Assembly (NCBI GenBank): GCA_037146775.1
Contig: JBAWWL010000008.1
Location: 6,160-70,159 of the forward strand
Origin: Candidatus Omnitrophota bacterium
GTDB taxonomy: Bacteria; Omnitrophota; Gorgyraeia; Duberdicusellales; 4484-171
DNA length: 64,000 nucleotides
Direction: 5' to 3'
The position numbers and the translations under genes were made by a program. The notes below the pieces were generated by a model. That model did not search any database and was not told the origin of the DNA. It saw only the letters and a program-made list of their open reading frames with translations. Of this stretch, positions 50,317-60,543 are shown one piece after another (within the stretch, counting starts at the first letter, position 1; every line of letters starts with the position of its first letter).

Positions 50317-50663
50317 TGTATACAGTAATTAACAAAACAAAGAATCGGACGGTTGTCACCAAGGCAAAGACCGCTGATACGTTTTTCCAGCGGCTATGGG
50401 GATTAATGTTAAGGCCAGGCATGGAGAGCGAAGAAGGCCTGATTTTCTATAATGTTTCTTCGATCCACATGTTTTTCATGCGTTTTGCAATTGACGTTAT
50501 TTTTCTCGATAAACATATGCGTGTAGTGAAAATTTGCCCCGCATTGAAGCCCTGGAGCATGGCAGCCAGTTTGAAAGCCACCATTACCTTAGAACTTCCG
50601 AGCCTGAAAGCGGCCCAAGCGCAGGTTGAGATAGGCGATACGCTTGCATTTATCCCGCATTAG
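50316..50663 (+). CDS. DUF192 domain protein
   Basis: ADTFFQR..GLM, IHMFFMRFAIDVIFLD. Confidence 0.9.
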   Translation: MYTVINKTKNRTVVTKAKTADTFFQRLWGLMLRPGMESEEGLIFYNVSSIHMFFMRFAIDVIFLDKHMRVVKICPALKPWSMAASLKATITLELPSLKAAQAQVEIGDTLAFIPH

Positions 50664-50787
50664 GAGTAAAATTCGTATAGTTTTCCCGCAAGGAAAATGC
50701 TTGTTCATTAAGGATTTTATGCTAATATATACCAATTGGGCATCTTGTTTTTCTGTATGCTAAACGTCTGCTAACAAAGGAGATACA

Positions 50788-51819
50788 ATGATAAGAGTCG
50801 GTGTTGTGGGCGCGACAGGCTATGCCGGAGAAGAATTGTTGGCTCTTCTCTTACGGCATCCCAAAGTCAAAATTACCAGTGTTACCGCTAAAATTGACAA
50901 AGTCCAGCCTATCTCAGTTATTTTTCCTAAGTTCGCCAACCGTATAGACTTGCTTTGTAAAGAGCCTGAGGTGGAAGAGATCGCTCATGAGTGTGATTTG
51001 GTTTTTTTAGCCCTGCCGCATACAGTTTCTATGGAAATTGTCCCGGCCTTGATGGGCGCAGGCAAAACCGTGATTGATTTAAGCGCTGATTACCGGCTCA
51101 AAGATATAAAGCAATACGAAAAATTTTATAATACAGTCCATAAAGATGTACCGCGCATAAGTACGGCAGTATATGGTTTGCCGGAACTTTACCGATCCCG
51201 GATCAAGAAGGCTAAGCTTATTGCTAATCCTGGCTGCTATCCTACGGTCAGCATCTTGTCGGTAGCGCCGCTTTTGGAGGCCAAGTTGATAGATATTGGC
51301 TCAATTATCATTGACGCAAAGTCAGGCGTAACCGGCGCAGGCAGAAAACTTGCCGAAGGCTTTCTTTTTTCGGAGATTAACGAGGATTTTAAGGCATATA
51401 AGATCAATAATCATCAACATAGCCCTGAAATTAACCAGGAACTTTCCAATGTCGCTGGTACAAAAGTCGAGGTAATTTTTGTGCCGCATCTTTTGCCGCT
51501 CAACCGGGGTATTCTAGCGACAATATACACTAAAAAAGCGCAGGGGAAAACCGCAAAAGCAGCAGGGAAAGACAGCGTGATTTCGGTGTATAAAAAGTTT
51601 TATGCGAAAGAACCGTTTGTACGTATTAAGGAAGAAGGCAGTTTCCCCCGGCTTAAAGACGTGGCCGGAACAAATTTTTGCGATATAGGGATTAAGGAAG
51701 ACGATAATTCTATAATTATTGTAGCGGCAATAGACAATCTCCTGAAAGGCGCTGCCGGGCAGGCCGTACAGAATATGAACATTATTGCCGGTTTAGATGA
51801 GATGACGGGTTTGGCATGA
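50788..51819 (+). CDS. argC: N-acetyl-gamma-glutamyl-phosphate reductase
   Basis: GATGYAG, IANPGCYPT, IDNLLKGAAGQA. Confidence 0.97.
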   Translation: MIRVGVVGATGYAGEELLALLLRHPKVKITSVTAKIDKVQPISVIFPKFANRIDLLCKEPEVEEIAHECDLVFLALPHTVSMEIVPALMGAGKTVIDLSADYRLKDIKQYEKFYNTVHKDVPRISTAVYGLPELYRSRIKKAKLIANPGCYPTVSILSVAPLLEAKLIDIGSIIIDAKSGVTGAGRKLAEGFLFSEINEDFKAYKINNHQHSPEINQELSNVAGTKVEVIFVPHLLPLNRGILATIYTKKAQGKTAKAAGKDSVISVYKKFYAKEPFVRIKEEGSFPRLKDVAGTNFCDIGIKEDDNSIIIVAAIDNLLKGAAGQAVQNMNIIAGLDEMTGLA

Positions 51820-52910
51820 GGCTGCCGAAAGGATTTTTGCTCTCCGGTATCAACTGCGGCATCAAGAAGGATAAAAAAGACCTGGGGCTTATTTGTTGTT
51901 CTTCGCTTGCCAAGGCTGTTGGTTTGTTTACCACAAATGCGAATCCATGTTACTCGGTGCTTTTGAGCAAAAAACATATCAATAACCCCATTAAAGCGGT
52001 TTTAACCAACAGCGGGAATGCGAATTGTTGTTTCGGTAAGAATGGCCTTAAAGATACCGAATTGGTAGTCGCCCGGACAGCCAAGCTTTTGGGCGTTAAG
52101 AAAGAAAATATTTTATTTGCGTCTACCGGTATTATCGGCAAGCAGCTTCCGGTAGAAACCATTGTTCGGGGCTTGCCGCAGCTGGTCGCACACTTAGGGC
52201 ACACGTGCGATGATTTTGCCTCCAGCATTATGACCACGGATACATTTCGTAAGATTTCGTTTGCTTCCTGTACCGGAAAGACAGAAGAATCAGTTATCCT
52301 TGGTTTTGCCAAGGGCGCAGGTATGATTGCGCCGAATATGGCAACAATGCTTTCTTTCGTAATGACCGATGCTGCGATCCCGGCGGCATATTTTAAAAAA
52401 ATAGCAAAAGAAGCGGTTGAAGAAAGTTTTAATGCGGTTACCGTGGACGGATGTATGAGCACTAACGACACTATTTTTTTTCTTTCCAGCTCGCAAATAC
52501 CGTTGAACGGAAAAAAAGGATTAGAGGAGTTTTCGCGTCAATTAAAACATGTATGTTTGGACTTGGCAAAAATGTTGGTTAGAGACGGAGAGGGTGCAAG
52601 CAAGTTTGTCGAGATACGCGTGAAAGGCGCCCGTACCAAAAAAGAAGCAAGACAGGCAGGTATGTTTATCGCTAACTCAAACTTATTTAAATGCGCGGTG
52701 TATGGCGCTGACCCTAATTGGGGTAGAATTGTCGCAGCCTTGGGCCATGCGGGTATCCCGGTCAAGGAAGATACCGTTATTCATCTTTCCGATTTGCACC
52801 AGAAAGAAATTATCGTCACTGTTGATCTAAAGCGGGGTAACTGTGCTCTAACGGTATATACGTCCGATCTGACCCCGGAATATATTAAGATCAATGCCGA
52901 ATATAGTTAG
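51816..52910 (+). CDS. argJ: Ornithine acetyltransferase
   Basis: IMTTDT, KGAGMIAPNMATML, DGEGA, YIKINAEY. Confidence 0.95.
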   Translation: MRLPKGFLLSGINCGIKKDKKDLGLICCSSLAKAVGLFTTNANPCYSVLLSKKHINNPIKAVLTNSGNANCCFGKNGLKDTELVVARTAKLLGVKKENILFASTGIIGKQLPVETIVRGLPQLVAHLGHTCDDFASSIMTTDTFRKISFASCTGKTEESVILGFAKGAGMIAPNMATMLSFVMTDAAIPAAYFKKIAKEAVEESFNAVTVDGCMSTNDTIFFLSSSQIPLNGKKGLEEFSRQLKHVCLDLAKMLVRDGEGASKFVEIRVKGARTKKEARQAGMFIANSNLFKCAVYGADPNWGRIVAALGHAGIPVKEDTVIHLSDLHQKEIIVTVDLKRGNCALTVYTSDLTPEYIKINAEYS

Positions 52911-52975
52911 GCGTGGTTATATAATCTTTGCATGTTTATAGCTTAAGAAATTACAGTTTTATTGGAGGAGGTAGT

Positions 52976-53827
52976 GTGGTAAAAGAAGCAATAAAAAAAG
53001 CGGATGTATTGATCGAAGCGTTACCGTATATAAAAAAGTTTCATAAGAAGATATTTGTCATTAAATACGGCGGTTCTATTTTAGGCGAAGAACGAGTGAG
53101 GAAGTCGGTATTGGAAGATATTGTTTTCTTGCGTTATACCGGTATCCGGCCGATTTTGGTACACGGCGGCGGCCCGAATATTACCGGAAAATTAAAAGAA
53201 AATAAAATTACTACCGAATTTGTTGACGGTATGCGCGTTACGGATGCGGCTACCTTAAAAATTGTTGAGGAAGAATTAGATGAGCTCAATGATTTAATTG
53301 TTAGAGAAATCAATTCCTACGGTGCGTTAGCGAAGGGTTTCAAGCGAGAAGACAGACTATTAACTGCCGTTAAAAAGAAAAGCAAGCGCGACCTTGGTTT
53401 TGTGGGAGAGGTTATTTCTTTTGATAGAAAAAAGCTGGAAGAAGCGCTGAATACATCTATACCTATAATAACTCCAATGGGCACGTCTAGCGAGGGAATA
53501 GCATTCAATATCAACGCCGATGATGTGGCGTTTTTTCTGGCCTCTCAGCTGCAGGCGGAAAAACTGGTGCTTTTGACGAACGTATTGGGTGTTATGCGAA
53601 ATCAGCAGGATGAACGCTCTCTTATTTCGACGATTAACGTAAAAGATGCCGAAGCGCTCATCCAGGGCAAGATAATTGGCGAGGGGATGATACCAAAGGT
53701 AAAGGCAGCGGTTGAATCAATCGAAAAGGGCGTAGGAAAGGCCCATATCGTTGACGCAAAAATTCCTCATGCAGTTCTTTTAGAAATATTTACTAACCAG
53801 GGTATTGGTACGGAAATTGTGAGGTAA
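52976..53827 (+). CDS. argB: Acetylglutamate kinase (start reassigned to GTG 52976)
   Basis: VIKYGG, VHGGGP, NINAD, GMIPKV; RBS GGAGGAGG. Confidence 0.96.
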   Translation: MVKEAIKKADVLIEALPYIKKFHKKIFVIKYGGSILGEERVRKSVLEDIVFLRYTGIRPILVHGGGPNITGKLKENKITTEFVDGMRVTDAATLKIVEEELDELNDLIVREINSYGALAKGFKREDRLLTAVKKKSKRDLGFVGEVISFDRKKLEEALNTSIPIITPMGTSSEGIAFNINADDVAFFLASQLQAEKLVLLTNVLGVMRNQQDERSLISTINVKDAEALIQGKIIGEGMIPKVKAAVESIEKGVGKAHIVDAKIPHAVLLEIFTNQGIGTEIVR

Positions 53828-53829
53828 TT

Positions 53830-55011
53830 ATGTCAAGCGACGAGATAAAACAATTATTTCAAGACTATGTGTTGCCAACCTATAAACGGGTTGGGCCGGT
53901 ATTTGTCAAGGGTAAGGGGAGTTTTCTCTGGGATAGTGACGGCAGGCGTTATTTGGATTTGTTCCCCGGCTGGGGTGTTTCAATTCTGGGGCATTGCCAT
54001 ACCGGTTTGGTAAACGCTGCGAAAGCACAGCTGGAACAGTTGATTCATTTACCCAACAATCTTTATCAGCCTCAGCAGGCGCTTTTGGCTAAAGAAATAG
54101 TTACGAATGCTTTCCCGGCAAAAGTTTTTTTTGGCAATTCCGGAGCGGAAGCGATCGAAGGCGCCATTAAGCTCAGCCGTCTTTATGGCCGCGATACAAA
54201 ACGCTATGAACTTATTACTATGAAAAATTCTTTTCATGGCAGGACTTTCGGCGCACTTTCGGCGACAGGGCAGGCAAAGTATAAAGCGCCGTTTAAGCCG
54301 ATATTGCGCTCGTTCAAAGAAGCACGTTTTAATGATTTCAGTGATTTCGAAAAAAAGGTAAATAAAAAGACTGTCGGCGTACTTCTTGAGTTGATTCAGG
54401 GCGAAGGCGGCGTGAATGTAGCTTCTCAGGAATATATAGCAAAATTGTACGCGTATTGTAAACAGCATGATTTACTTTTTATCGTCGATGAAGTGCAAAC
54501 CGGTATGGCGCGCACCGGTAAAATGTTTTGCTATCAGCTGTATAATATTGTGCCGGATATTCTGCTTCTTTCCAAGGGTTTAGGCGCCGGCGTCCCCATC
54601 TCGGCGATTGTGGTTAAAAAAGAGATGGCTGATATTATTCAGCCGGGGATGCACGCTTCGACATTCGGCGGTTCGCCGTTTGTGGCGCAAGTGTCGTTAG
54701 AGGTGTTTAAGATTATTCACCAGGAACGGCTCTTGGAGCACGCTCACACCATGGGAGATTATTTATTATCTCAACTTATACAGCTGAAAAAGAAATTTTC
54801 CTTTATCAAAGAAGTAAGAGGCGTGGGGCTTATGACCGGAATGGATTTGCGTATTGATTCATTTCCGATTTTTCTGAAAGCTCTCGAGAAAGGATTAATT
54901 GTCAATTCTACGCATCAGACCGTTTTACGGATTATGCCTGCGATTAATGTTTCCAAAGAGGAACTTGATGAAGGCCTGAAAATACTTCAGGAGATACTTT
55001 CGCAATTTTAG
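53830..55011 (+). CDS. argD: Acetylornithine aminotransferase
   Basis: NSGAEA, FHGRT, DEVQTG, SKGLG. Confidence 0.94.
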   Translation: MSSDEIKQLFQDYVLPTYKRVGPVFVKGKGSFLWDSDGRRYLDLFPGWGVSILGHCHTGLVNAAKAQLEQLIHLPNNLYQPQQALLAKEIVTNAFPAKVFFGNSGAEAIEGAIKLSRLYGRDTKRYELITMKNSFHGRTFGALSATGQAKYKAPFKPILRSFKEARFNDFSDFEKKVNKKTVGVLLELIQGEGGVNVASQEYIAKLYAYCKQHDLLFIVDEVQTGMARTGKMFCYQLYNIVPDILLLSKGLGAGVPISAIVVKKEMADIIQPGMHASTFGGSPFVAQVSLEVFKIIHQERLLEHAHTMGDYLLSQLIQLKKKFSFIKEVRGVGLMTGMDLRIDSFPIFLKALEKGLIVNSTHQTVLRIMPAINVSKEELDEGLKILQEILSQF

Positions 55012-55022
55012 CTTAAAGGTGC

Positions 55023-55943
55023 ATGATGAGACATTTTGTTAGTTTAAAAGATTTTTCTGCCGAACAGTTGCACGAGCTGGTAGATCTTTCTCTCGATATT
55101 AAAAATAATCCCCAGCGTTATGAAAATGCCTTAAGCGGTAAGTATGTCGGGTTAATTTTTGAAAAGCCTTCGTTAAGGACTAAAACCGCTTTTTATGTAG
55201 GAGCTCTTGAGCTTGGTGGCAAAGCGATATATTATTCACCGGAAGAAATCCAGCTAGGGAGAAGAGAGAAGATATCCGATGTCGCCGCTACCATTTCCAC
55301 TTTTATAGATGCGGTGGTATTGCGGACATTTTCTCACGAAGCTCTTTTAGAATTTGTAAAATTTTCCTCGTTACCGGTTATAAATGCATTAAGCGATTTA
55401 GTACACCCCACACAAATTCTGGGTGATTTGATTACTCTTAAGGAATTAAAAAATGACGTAAAGGACCTAAAAGTTGCGTATATTGGCGATGGTAATAACG
55501 TGTGTCATTCGCTTATTCACGCATTTTCGATTATCGGAGGAAACCTGCATATTGCCGCCCCAAAGCAGTATCAGCCAGATAAAAAAATAATGCAGGAAGC
55601 AGGTATCTTTGCCAAGCAATCCTGCGGCCGGATTACCCTGGATAATTCTCCTCAGCGTGCAGCCGAGGGTGCCGACGTACTTTATACTGATGTATGGACT
55701 TCTATGGGGCAGGAGAAAGAACAGCAAAAAAGAAAAAAAGTGTTTAAAAATTTTCAGATAAATGATGCTATTGTATCGTTGGCGAAAAAAGATTGTGTGG
55801 TTATGCACTGTTTGCCGGCGCACCGGGGAGAAGAAATCACCGAGAGCGTTCTCAACAGTAAACATTCGATTGTCTTTTTACAGGCAGAAAACCGTTTGTA
55901 TGCGGCAAAAGCTATTTTGGTTTGGGTATTGAAGGGCCTTTGA
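55023..55943 (+). CDS. argF: Ornithine carbamoyltransferase
   Basis: FEKPSLRT, HPTQ, DVWTSMG, HCLP. Confidence 0.96.
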   Translation: MMRHFVSLKDFSAEQLHELVDLSLDIKNNPQRYENALSGKYVGLIFEKPSLRTKTAFYVGALELGGKAIYYSPEEIQLGRREKISDVAATISTFIDAVVLRTFSHEALLEFVKFSSLPVINALSDLVHPTQILGDLITLKELKNDVKDLKVAYIGDGNNVCHSLIHAFSIIGGNLHIAAPKQYQPDKKIMQEAGIFAKQSCGRITLDNSPQRAAEGADVLYTDVWTSMGQEKEQQKRKKVFKNFQINDAIVSLAKKDCVVMHCLPAHRGEEITESVLNSKHSIVFLQAENRLYAAKAILVWVLKGL

Positions 55944-56034
55944 GATAAATCGAGCCTATGGGCGTCATCGTTTTTGGCCATAATTTCAGTGTAGCGATTT
56001 TCGCGTTACGTCATATCTATAAAGGAGGAAGCGC

Positions 56035-57204
56035 GTGAAAAAAGTTGTTTTAGCCTATTCCGGAGGGTTGGATACTTCTTGTTGTATCCAGTGGTTGAGG
56101 GATAAGGGGTATGAGGTTGTCTGCTTTTCGGCGAATTTGGGTAGCGAGTTTTCCCCGGCTGATTTAAAAAAACGGGCACTAGAAAGCGGGGCTTCAAAGA
56201 TCTATATAAAAGATTTAAGAAAAGAATTCGCGCACGATTATATACTGCCTTGCTTAAAAGCCGGCGCTCTTTATGAAGGAAAATATGTGCTCAGTACTTC
56301 ACTCGGACGGCCGCTCATTGCGAAATATTTAGTTGATGTCGCCAAGAAAGAAAAAGCGAGTTTTGTAGCGCATGGCTGTACGGGTAAGGGCAACGACCAG
56401 GTGCGGTTTGAAGTGACATGTTCAATTTTAGCGCCGTATTTAAAAACCATCGCTCCGCTTAGGGAGTGGCATCTTGGGTCACGGGAGGAAGAAATCGAAT
56501 ACGCTAAAGAACATCATCTTCCCATCAAAACAAGCAAAGAGAAAGTATACAGTATCGATAAAAATATCTGGGGCGTCAGCGTTGAGGGCGGTATCTTGGA
56601 AGATATCACCAAAGAGCCGCCGGCGAATTCCTATTATTTTGTTAAGCCCCTAGAGAAAGCTAAGCCTCAGGCGACATATGTGGAGGTGACTTTTGATAAA
56701 GGAGTTCCGGTTGCTCTTGCCGGCACACGCATGGAATTAGTCAGGCTTATTGACCGGCTGAACCGTATCGGCAGCATGTGTGGTGTCGGTAGAAGTGATG
56801 TTATTGAAGACCGGGTAGTAGGAATCAAATCAAGAGAGATCTACGAAGCTCCTGCCGCCTGGATTCTATATACAGCTCATAGAGAATTAGAAAGTCTTGT
56901 CTTGGACAGGGAGACGCTCTTTTTTAAGGAGCAGATCGCCATGAAATACTCACATCTGGTTTACCAGGGGTTATGGTTTACCCGTTTGAAAAAGTCTTTA
57001 GACGCATTTGTTGAAGCAACGCAAAGCGTAGTTAACGGAACCGTGGGGTTGAAGTTGTATAAAGGTAATATTGTGATAGCTAAGCGTGAATCCGCGCAGG
57101 CCTTATATAAAAAAGAATTTGCGACATACGGAGCCGGTGATGTGTTTGATCGCAGTCTTGCCGAAGGTTTTATTAAACTTTGGGCTATGCCGTACAAGCC
57201 TTAA
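56035..57204 (+). CDS. argG: Argininosuccinate synthase
   Basis: AYSGGLDTS, HGCTGKGNDQVRF. Confidence 0.97.
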   Translation: MKKVVLAYSGGLDTSCCIQWLRDKGYEVVCFSANLGSEFSPADLKKRALESGASKIYIKDLRKEFAHDYILPCLKAGALYEGKYVLSTSLGRPLIAKYLVDVAKKEKASFVAHGCTGKGNDQVRFEVTCSILAPYLKTIAPLREWHLGSREEEIEYAKEHHLPIKTSKEKVYSIDKNIWGVSVEGGILEDITKEPPANSYYFVKPLEKAKPQATYVEVTFDKGVPVALAGTRMELVRLIDRLNRIGSMCGVGRSDVIEDRVVGIKSREIYEAPAAWILYTAHRELESLVLDRETLFFKEQIAMKYSHLVYQGLWFTRLKKSLDAFVEATQSVVNGTVGLKLYKGNIVIAKRESAQALYKKEFATYGAGDVFDRSLAEGFIKLWAMPYKP

Positions 57205-57216
57205 GGAGACAAGGTT

Positions 57217-57837
57217 ATGAAAGTCCTGGCTGTAATATGTTTTATCTGTGGTGTGTGGACTGTCGCTGTATTTGCGGACACCTTGTATCTAAAAAACGGC
57301 AAAAGAGTCGATGGTACTATTCTGGAACAGGCAGAAACCAGCATACAGATTTCTGTGAGCGGTGTTCCGGTAGTCTATGGATTGAAGGAGATCGATCGCA
57401 TTCAAAAAGATACAGTACCTGTTGTTCAAACGTCGTTTGTGGGTAAAATGGAAGAACTCAACGCTGCTCTTAAAGAAATTGTTGATGCTAAGCTTTTTAT
57501 CGATAACAAGGAAGTGCGCAGCGCCTTTAAAGGTGATACAGACCGCTGGTTGAAGGTCATGGCATATTATACCGCAACAAAAAATACACTTGAGGATTTA
57601 AAGAAGAAACTGGCGTTAATTATTCCGCCGCCTGAAGGCTCGCGTATTTACGAGTTATTGCGTTTAGCGATTGATTATCGTATTTCTGCCTGTACGCAGG
57701 CAATAAATTTACTCAGAAAAGACGATTTTGGCATTACCGACGAAGAGTATGTGTCGTATATCCGTAAATCGCGGGCTTTATGGTTTGAGGTCGCTCAAAA
57801 TTTAAAAAAACTTAAACAAGAGCAGGTTATCCCGTAA
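57217..57837 (+). CDS. Secreted hypothetical protein with N-terminal 'LKNG..V.G.I' module
   Basis: RBS AAGGAG; signal peptide ending VFA-D; helical C-terminus. Confidence 0.75.
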   Translation: MKVLAVICFICGVWTVAVFADTLYLKNGKRVDGTILEQAETSIQISVSGVPVVYGLKEIDRIQKDTVPVVQTSFVGKMEELNAALKEIVDAKLFIDNKEVRSAFKGDTDRWLKVMAYYTATKNTLEDLKKKLALIIPPPEGSRIYELLRLAIDYRISACTQAINLLRKDDFGITDEEYVSYIRKSRALWFEVAQNLKKLKQEQVIP

Positions 57838-57874
57838 GGGCCTAAGAGCGGTTAAAGATAGAGAAGGAGCATGT

Positions 57875-59248
57875 ATGTCAAAATTATGGGGAACGCGATT
57901 TAGCAAGAAAACAAATTCGCTTACCAATGCTTTTACTTCCAGTATCGCTTTTGATAAGCGTCTGGCGCGGTATGACGTTTTGGGTAGTATTGCTCACGCC
58001 AAGATGCTTGGTAAACAAAAAATTATTCCCGTGCACGACGCCGCGCTTCTGGTAAAAGGGCTTAGTTTGGTTTTGAAGGATATAGAAAAAGGAACTTTTC
58101 GTTTCAACCTTGCGGCAGAAGATATTCATTCTCATATACAGGATGTGTTGGTGAAGAAGATCGGTCCGGCTGCTCATAAATTACATACTGCGCGTTCCCG
58201 AAATGACCAGATAGCTCTTGATATAAAGATGTATCTTAAAGACGAAATAAAGAACACGATTGATTTACTTACGCATATGCAAAAATCAATTCTGTATGTA
58301 GCTATGGCAAATACCACGGTGGTAATTCCGGGGTATACGCATCTACAAGTTGCCCAGTGTGTCCTTCTGGCCCATCATTTACTGGCGTATATTGAAAGTT
58401 TAGAGCGGGATAAACAGCGCCTTAGCGACGCCCTAAAGCGGGTTGATCAGATGCCGCTTGGCAGTTGTGCGCTTTCTGGGACGGGGCTGCCGATTTCTCG
58501 GGAATATGTAAAGAAGCAGCTTAAATTCAGCACGATCACCGCCAACAGCATCGATAGCGTAAGTGACAGGGATTCTATTATTGAAGTGCTTGCGGATTTA
58601 GCGATAACCGCAGTGCATCTATCGCGGATTGCCGAAGATTTAATTCTTTGGTCGACCAAGGAATTCGATTTTATTGATATTGATTTTTCTTTTTGTACGG
58701 GTTCGAGCATTATGCCGCACAAAAAGAATCCCGACGTGCTTGAGCTGATTAGGGGTTCGGTAGGGAAAGTTCACGGTGATTTATCAAGTGTCCTGATGCT
58801 AATGAAAGGCTTACCTTTGGCATATAACCGGGATTTACAGCTCGATAAGCCGCCCATTTTTGATGCAATAGATACCGTTAAAGATATATTGAAGATATTT
58901 GCGGAAATGTTTAAAAATATCACCGTCAAGAAAGAAACGATCGCGGCTCGAGTGGCCGATGAATCGCTCTTTTCGGTGGATATCGTTGAATATCTGATCA
59001 AGAAAGGTATTTCATATCGTCAAGCTCATGATATCGTCGGCCGTATGGTGAAAGACTGTTTAGATAAAGGCAAAAAGATTTCAAGCCTCAATACGGCACA
59101 GCTTAAGCATTACTCGGATACTTTTGAACTTGATGTAAAGAATATTCTGCACGCCTGGGATTCTGTGAGTCTCAAAACTTCCTGCGGCGGCACAGCTCCC
59201 AAACTTGTATCTGTCCAGCTTGCAAAGTGGCGCAAAAAGTTACAATAA
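57875..59248 (+). CDS. argH: Argininosuccinate lyase
   Basis: LHTARSRNDQ, GSSIMPHKKNPD, YNRDLQ. Confidence 0.97.
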   Translation: MSKLWGTRFSKKTNSLTNAFTSSIAFDKRLARYDVLGSIAHAKMLGKQKIIPVHDAALLVKGLSLVLKDIEKGTFRFNLAAEDIHSHIQDVLVKKIGPAAHKLHTARSRNDQIALDIKMYLKDEIKNTIDLLTHMQKSILYVAMANTTVVIPGYTHLQVAQCVLLAHHLLAYIESLERDKQRLSDALKRVDQMPLGSCALSGTGLPISREYVKKQLKFSTITANSIDSVSDRDSIIEVLADLAITAVHLSRIAEDLILWSTKEFDFIDIDFSFCTGSSIMPHKKNPDVLELIRGSVGKVHGDLSSVLMLMKGLPLAYNRDLQLDKPPIFDAIDTVKDILKIFAEMFKNITVKKETIAARVADESLFSVDIVEYLIKKGISYRQAHDIVGRMVKDCLDKGKKISSLNTAQLKHYSDTFELDVKNILHAWDSVSLKTSCGGTAPKLVSVQLAKWRKKLQ

Positions 59249-59283
59249 GATTACAGCGGTAACAGTAAATAATCTTACTACTC

Positions 59284-60543
59284 ATGCACGACTTTACGTA
59301 CAAAAACAACCATCTTTATTGCGAAGAAGTACGTGTCGAAGAGCTTGCCAAGAAATTCGGAACGCCTCTATACGTCTATAGTTACCATACTATCATTGAT
59401 CATTATCTAAAACTAAAAGCGGCATTCACCGAGCTTTGGCCATTGATCTGTTATTCTGTGAAAGCCAATTCAAACCTTTCCATATTGAAGGCGTTGGTCG
59501 ATAAAGGGGCTGGGCTGGATATTGTTTCCGGCGGCGAACTTTTTAGGGCTCTCAAAGCGGGATGCCCTCCTGAACGTATCGTGTATGCATCGGTGGGTAA
59601 AACCGATACGGAAATAGAAGAAGCTATCAAAAAAAATATTTTATTTTTTAACGTGGAGTCGGTAGCGGAGTTAGAAAATATAAATCGGATTGCCAAGAGG
59701 CTTAGAAAAAGAGCGAAGGTTGCGATACGGATTAATCCTGACGTGGAGCCGAAAACGCACAAATTTATCACTACCGGAAAACTAACTAACAAATTTGGTA
59801 TAGATTTTTCCAGTGCGTATAATATTTTTATGGTGCGCAGCAGATTTCCATACGCGCACATTTGCGGTGTACACCTTCATATTGGTTCGCAGATTACCGA
59901 AAGTGCACCCTACATTTCAGCTATTCGCAAGATGAGCCGTTTTATCCAGAAGCTGGAGGCCGGCGGTATTAGCTTGGAATATCTGAATATCGGCGGAGGC
60001 TTGGGGATTGTGTACGATAAAGAGACTCCGCAAACGGCGGATAATTTTGCCCGTAAAGTGCTGCCGTTGCTTAAAAAGACTAAACTTAAAATTATCATGG
60101 AGCCGGGCAGATTTATTGTAGGTAACGCCGGCATTCTAGTCGTAAAAGCGTTATACCTTAAATCAACACCGGTCAAAAAGTTTGTAATTGTTGATGGCGG
60201 CATGAATGATTTGATCCGGCCCGCTCTCTATGACGCATACCACAGAGTAGTTCCTCTTTCGCTAAAATCTAATACTCAGCATCCGGCAGAGAAAGTAGAT
60301 ATCGTTGGGCCGATATGCGAAAGTGGTGATTTTTTTGCCAAGGAACGGTTGCTGGCGAAGGTCAAGGAAGGCGGCTTTATGGCAGTTATGAGCGCAGGCG
60401 CGTATGGTTTTAGTATGTCCAGCAATTATAATTCACGGCCTCGGGCCATGGAAGTGCTTATCCACAAAGATAAAGTGCATATTATTCGGGATAGGGAAAC
60501 GTATGATGATCTGATAAAGAAGGAAAGGGTAATTTCTTTATGA
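59284..60543 (+). CDS. lysA: Diaminopimelate decarboxylase
   Basis: YSVKAN, HIGSQ, EPGR, CESGD, SNYNSR. Confidence 0.96.
   Translation: MHDFTYKNNHLYCEEVRVEELAKKFGTPLYVYSYHTIIDHYLKLKAAFTELWPLICYSVKANSNLSILKALVDKGAGLDIVSGGELFRALKAGCPPERIVYASVGKTDTEIEEAIKKNILFFNVESVAELENINRIAKRLRKRAKVAIRINPDVEPKTHKFITTGKLTNKFGIDFSSAYNIFMVRSRFPYAHICGVHLHIGSQITESAPYISAIRKMSRFIQKLEAGGISLEYLNIGGGLGIVYDKETPQTADNFARKVLPLLKKTKLKIIMEPGRFIVGNAGILVVKALYLKSTPVKKFVIVDGGMNDLIRPALYDAYHRVVPLSLKSNTQHPAEKVDIVGPICESGDFFAKERLLAKVKEGGFMAVMSAGAYGFSMSSNYNSRPRAMEVLIHKDKVHIIRDRETYDDLIKKERVISL

Noticed and set aside
52915-52945. ARG box or internal promoter before argB
   Set aside because: Only a weak partial match (TGCATGTTTATA) with no tandem partner.
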